Below are positions 63,585 to 64,000 of a stretch of DNA of 64,000 nucleotides, one piece after another. The translations under genes were made by a program, and so were the position numbers. The notes under the pieces were generated by a model. The model had not been told where the DNA came from. It ran no database searches and saw nothing but the letters and a program-made list of their open reading frames with translations. The first letter of the stretch is position 1. Each line of letters starts with the position of its first letter. Source of the stretch: an uncultured Candidatus Rokubacteria bacterium (GTDB taxonomy: Bacteria > Methylomirabilota > Methylomirabilia > Rokubacteriales > CSP1-6); the NCBI GenBank assembly GCA_963762145.1, contig CAVXJS010000011.1, forward strand, positions 480,001 to 544,000, given 5' to 3'.

Positions 63585-64000
63585 CTATCCGAGGACGTCC
63601 TGCTTGAAGCGCTCGAGCGTTCTCGCGTGCTCCTCGGGGCCCGGAAGGCCGAGCCCCATCGTGTTGACGCACAGGTGCGTGATGCCGCGCATCGCACGCC
63701 ACGCGGCCATCTCCTTGGCACGCTCCTCCGGAGGCACCCGCGCCAGGGCCACCCGCCCCTCGATCCCGAACGTGGTCGGGTCGCGGCCCGCCTCCCGGAC
63801 GAGGCCGAGGAGACGGTCCACGGTGTCCTGCGCGGCGGGGCCGGGACGGAAGGTCTGCAGCGTGATCCAGCCGTCCGCGAGGCGGGCCGCGCGGCGGAGG
63901 ACCGCCTCGGCTTCGCCCCCCATCCAGACGGGAATCGGCCGCTGGACGGGCAGCGGATTGATCCCGGCGTCGGGCACGCGGTGCCACCGGCCGGCGTAGG
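63585..64000 (-). CDS. LLM class (F420/flavin-dependent) oxidoreductase, C-terminal part
   Basis: GINPLPVQRPIPVWMGG..EAVLRRAARLADGW; truncated by window edge. Confidence 0.88.
   Translation of the reverse strand, partial: YAGRWHRVPDAGINPLPVQRPIPVWMGGEAEAVLRRAARLADGWITLQTFRPGPAAQDTVDRLLGLVREAGRDPTTFGIEGRVALARVPPEERAKEMAAWRAMRGITHLCVNTMGLGLPGPEEHARTLERFKQDVLG

Overview
High-GC bacterial chromosomal window. Gene content and style suggest a lineage such as Candidatus Rokubacteria; this is an unverified inference. Bases 1-40 kb are mostly core genes: nusA-ylxR-infB-ylxP-rbfA-nrnA-truB-ribF, rpsO-pnp-M16 peptidase, purB-S-Q-L-F-M-N-H-(TPR gene)-D, tsaC, mobA, thiI, a beta-CASP nuclease, rpiB-glyA-nrdR, tsaB-rimI-meaB, a FadF-like Fe-S oxidoreductase and an HpaB-like monooxygenase. 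Bases 40-64 kb are accessory-looking: glycoside hydrolases, a CYTH-CHAD/DUF402/NUDIX cluster, DUF2252, envelope and lipoprotein genes, a FixL/FixJ-type two-component system, an HtrA protease, MFS/HxlR and MlaC. Many genes, including biosynthetic ones, carry single-base frameshifts that are best explained as long-read assembly errors. No rRNA, tRNA, CRISPR array, integrase or transposase was seen. Five signals are not explained by the ORF track. (1) Six copies of a 7-2-7 palindrome (ATAGGACC-AA-GGTCCTAT) lie in intergenic gaps at 44.7-62.8 kb, five of them 21-23 nt from a -10 hexamer; they define a candidate regulon that includes an ORF-less transcript. (2) A 13-aa poly-Lys peptide gene has its own consensus promoter, SD and hairpin directly upstream of an EamA exporter. 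(3) A leaderless 42-aa basic ORF with an ArfA-like motif is coupled to thiI. (4) A purine-rich tandem repeat carrying micro-ORFs precedes rbfA. (5) Leaderless and CTG-initiated genes recur. All family calls come from recognising motifs in the translations, not from database searches.
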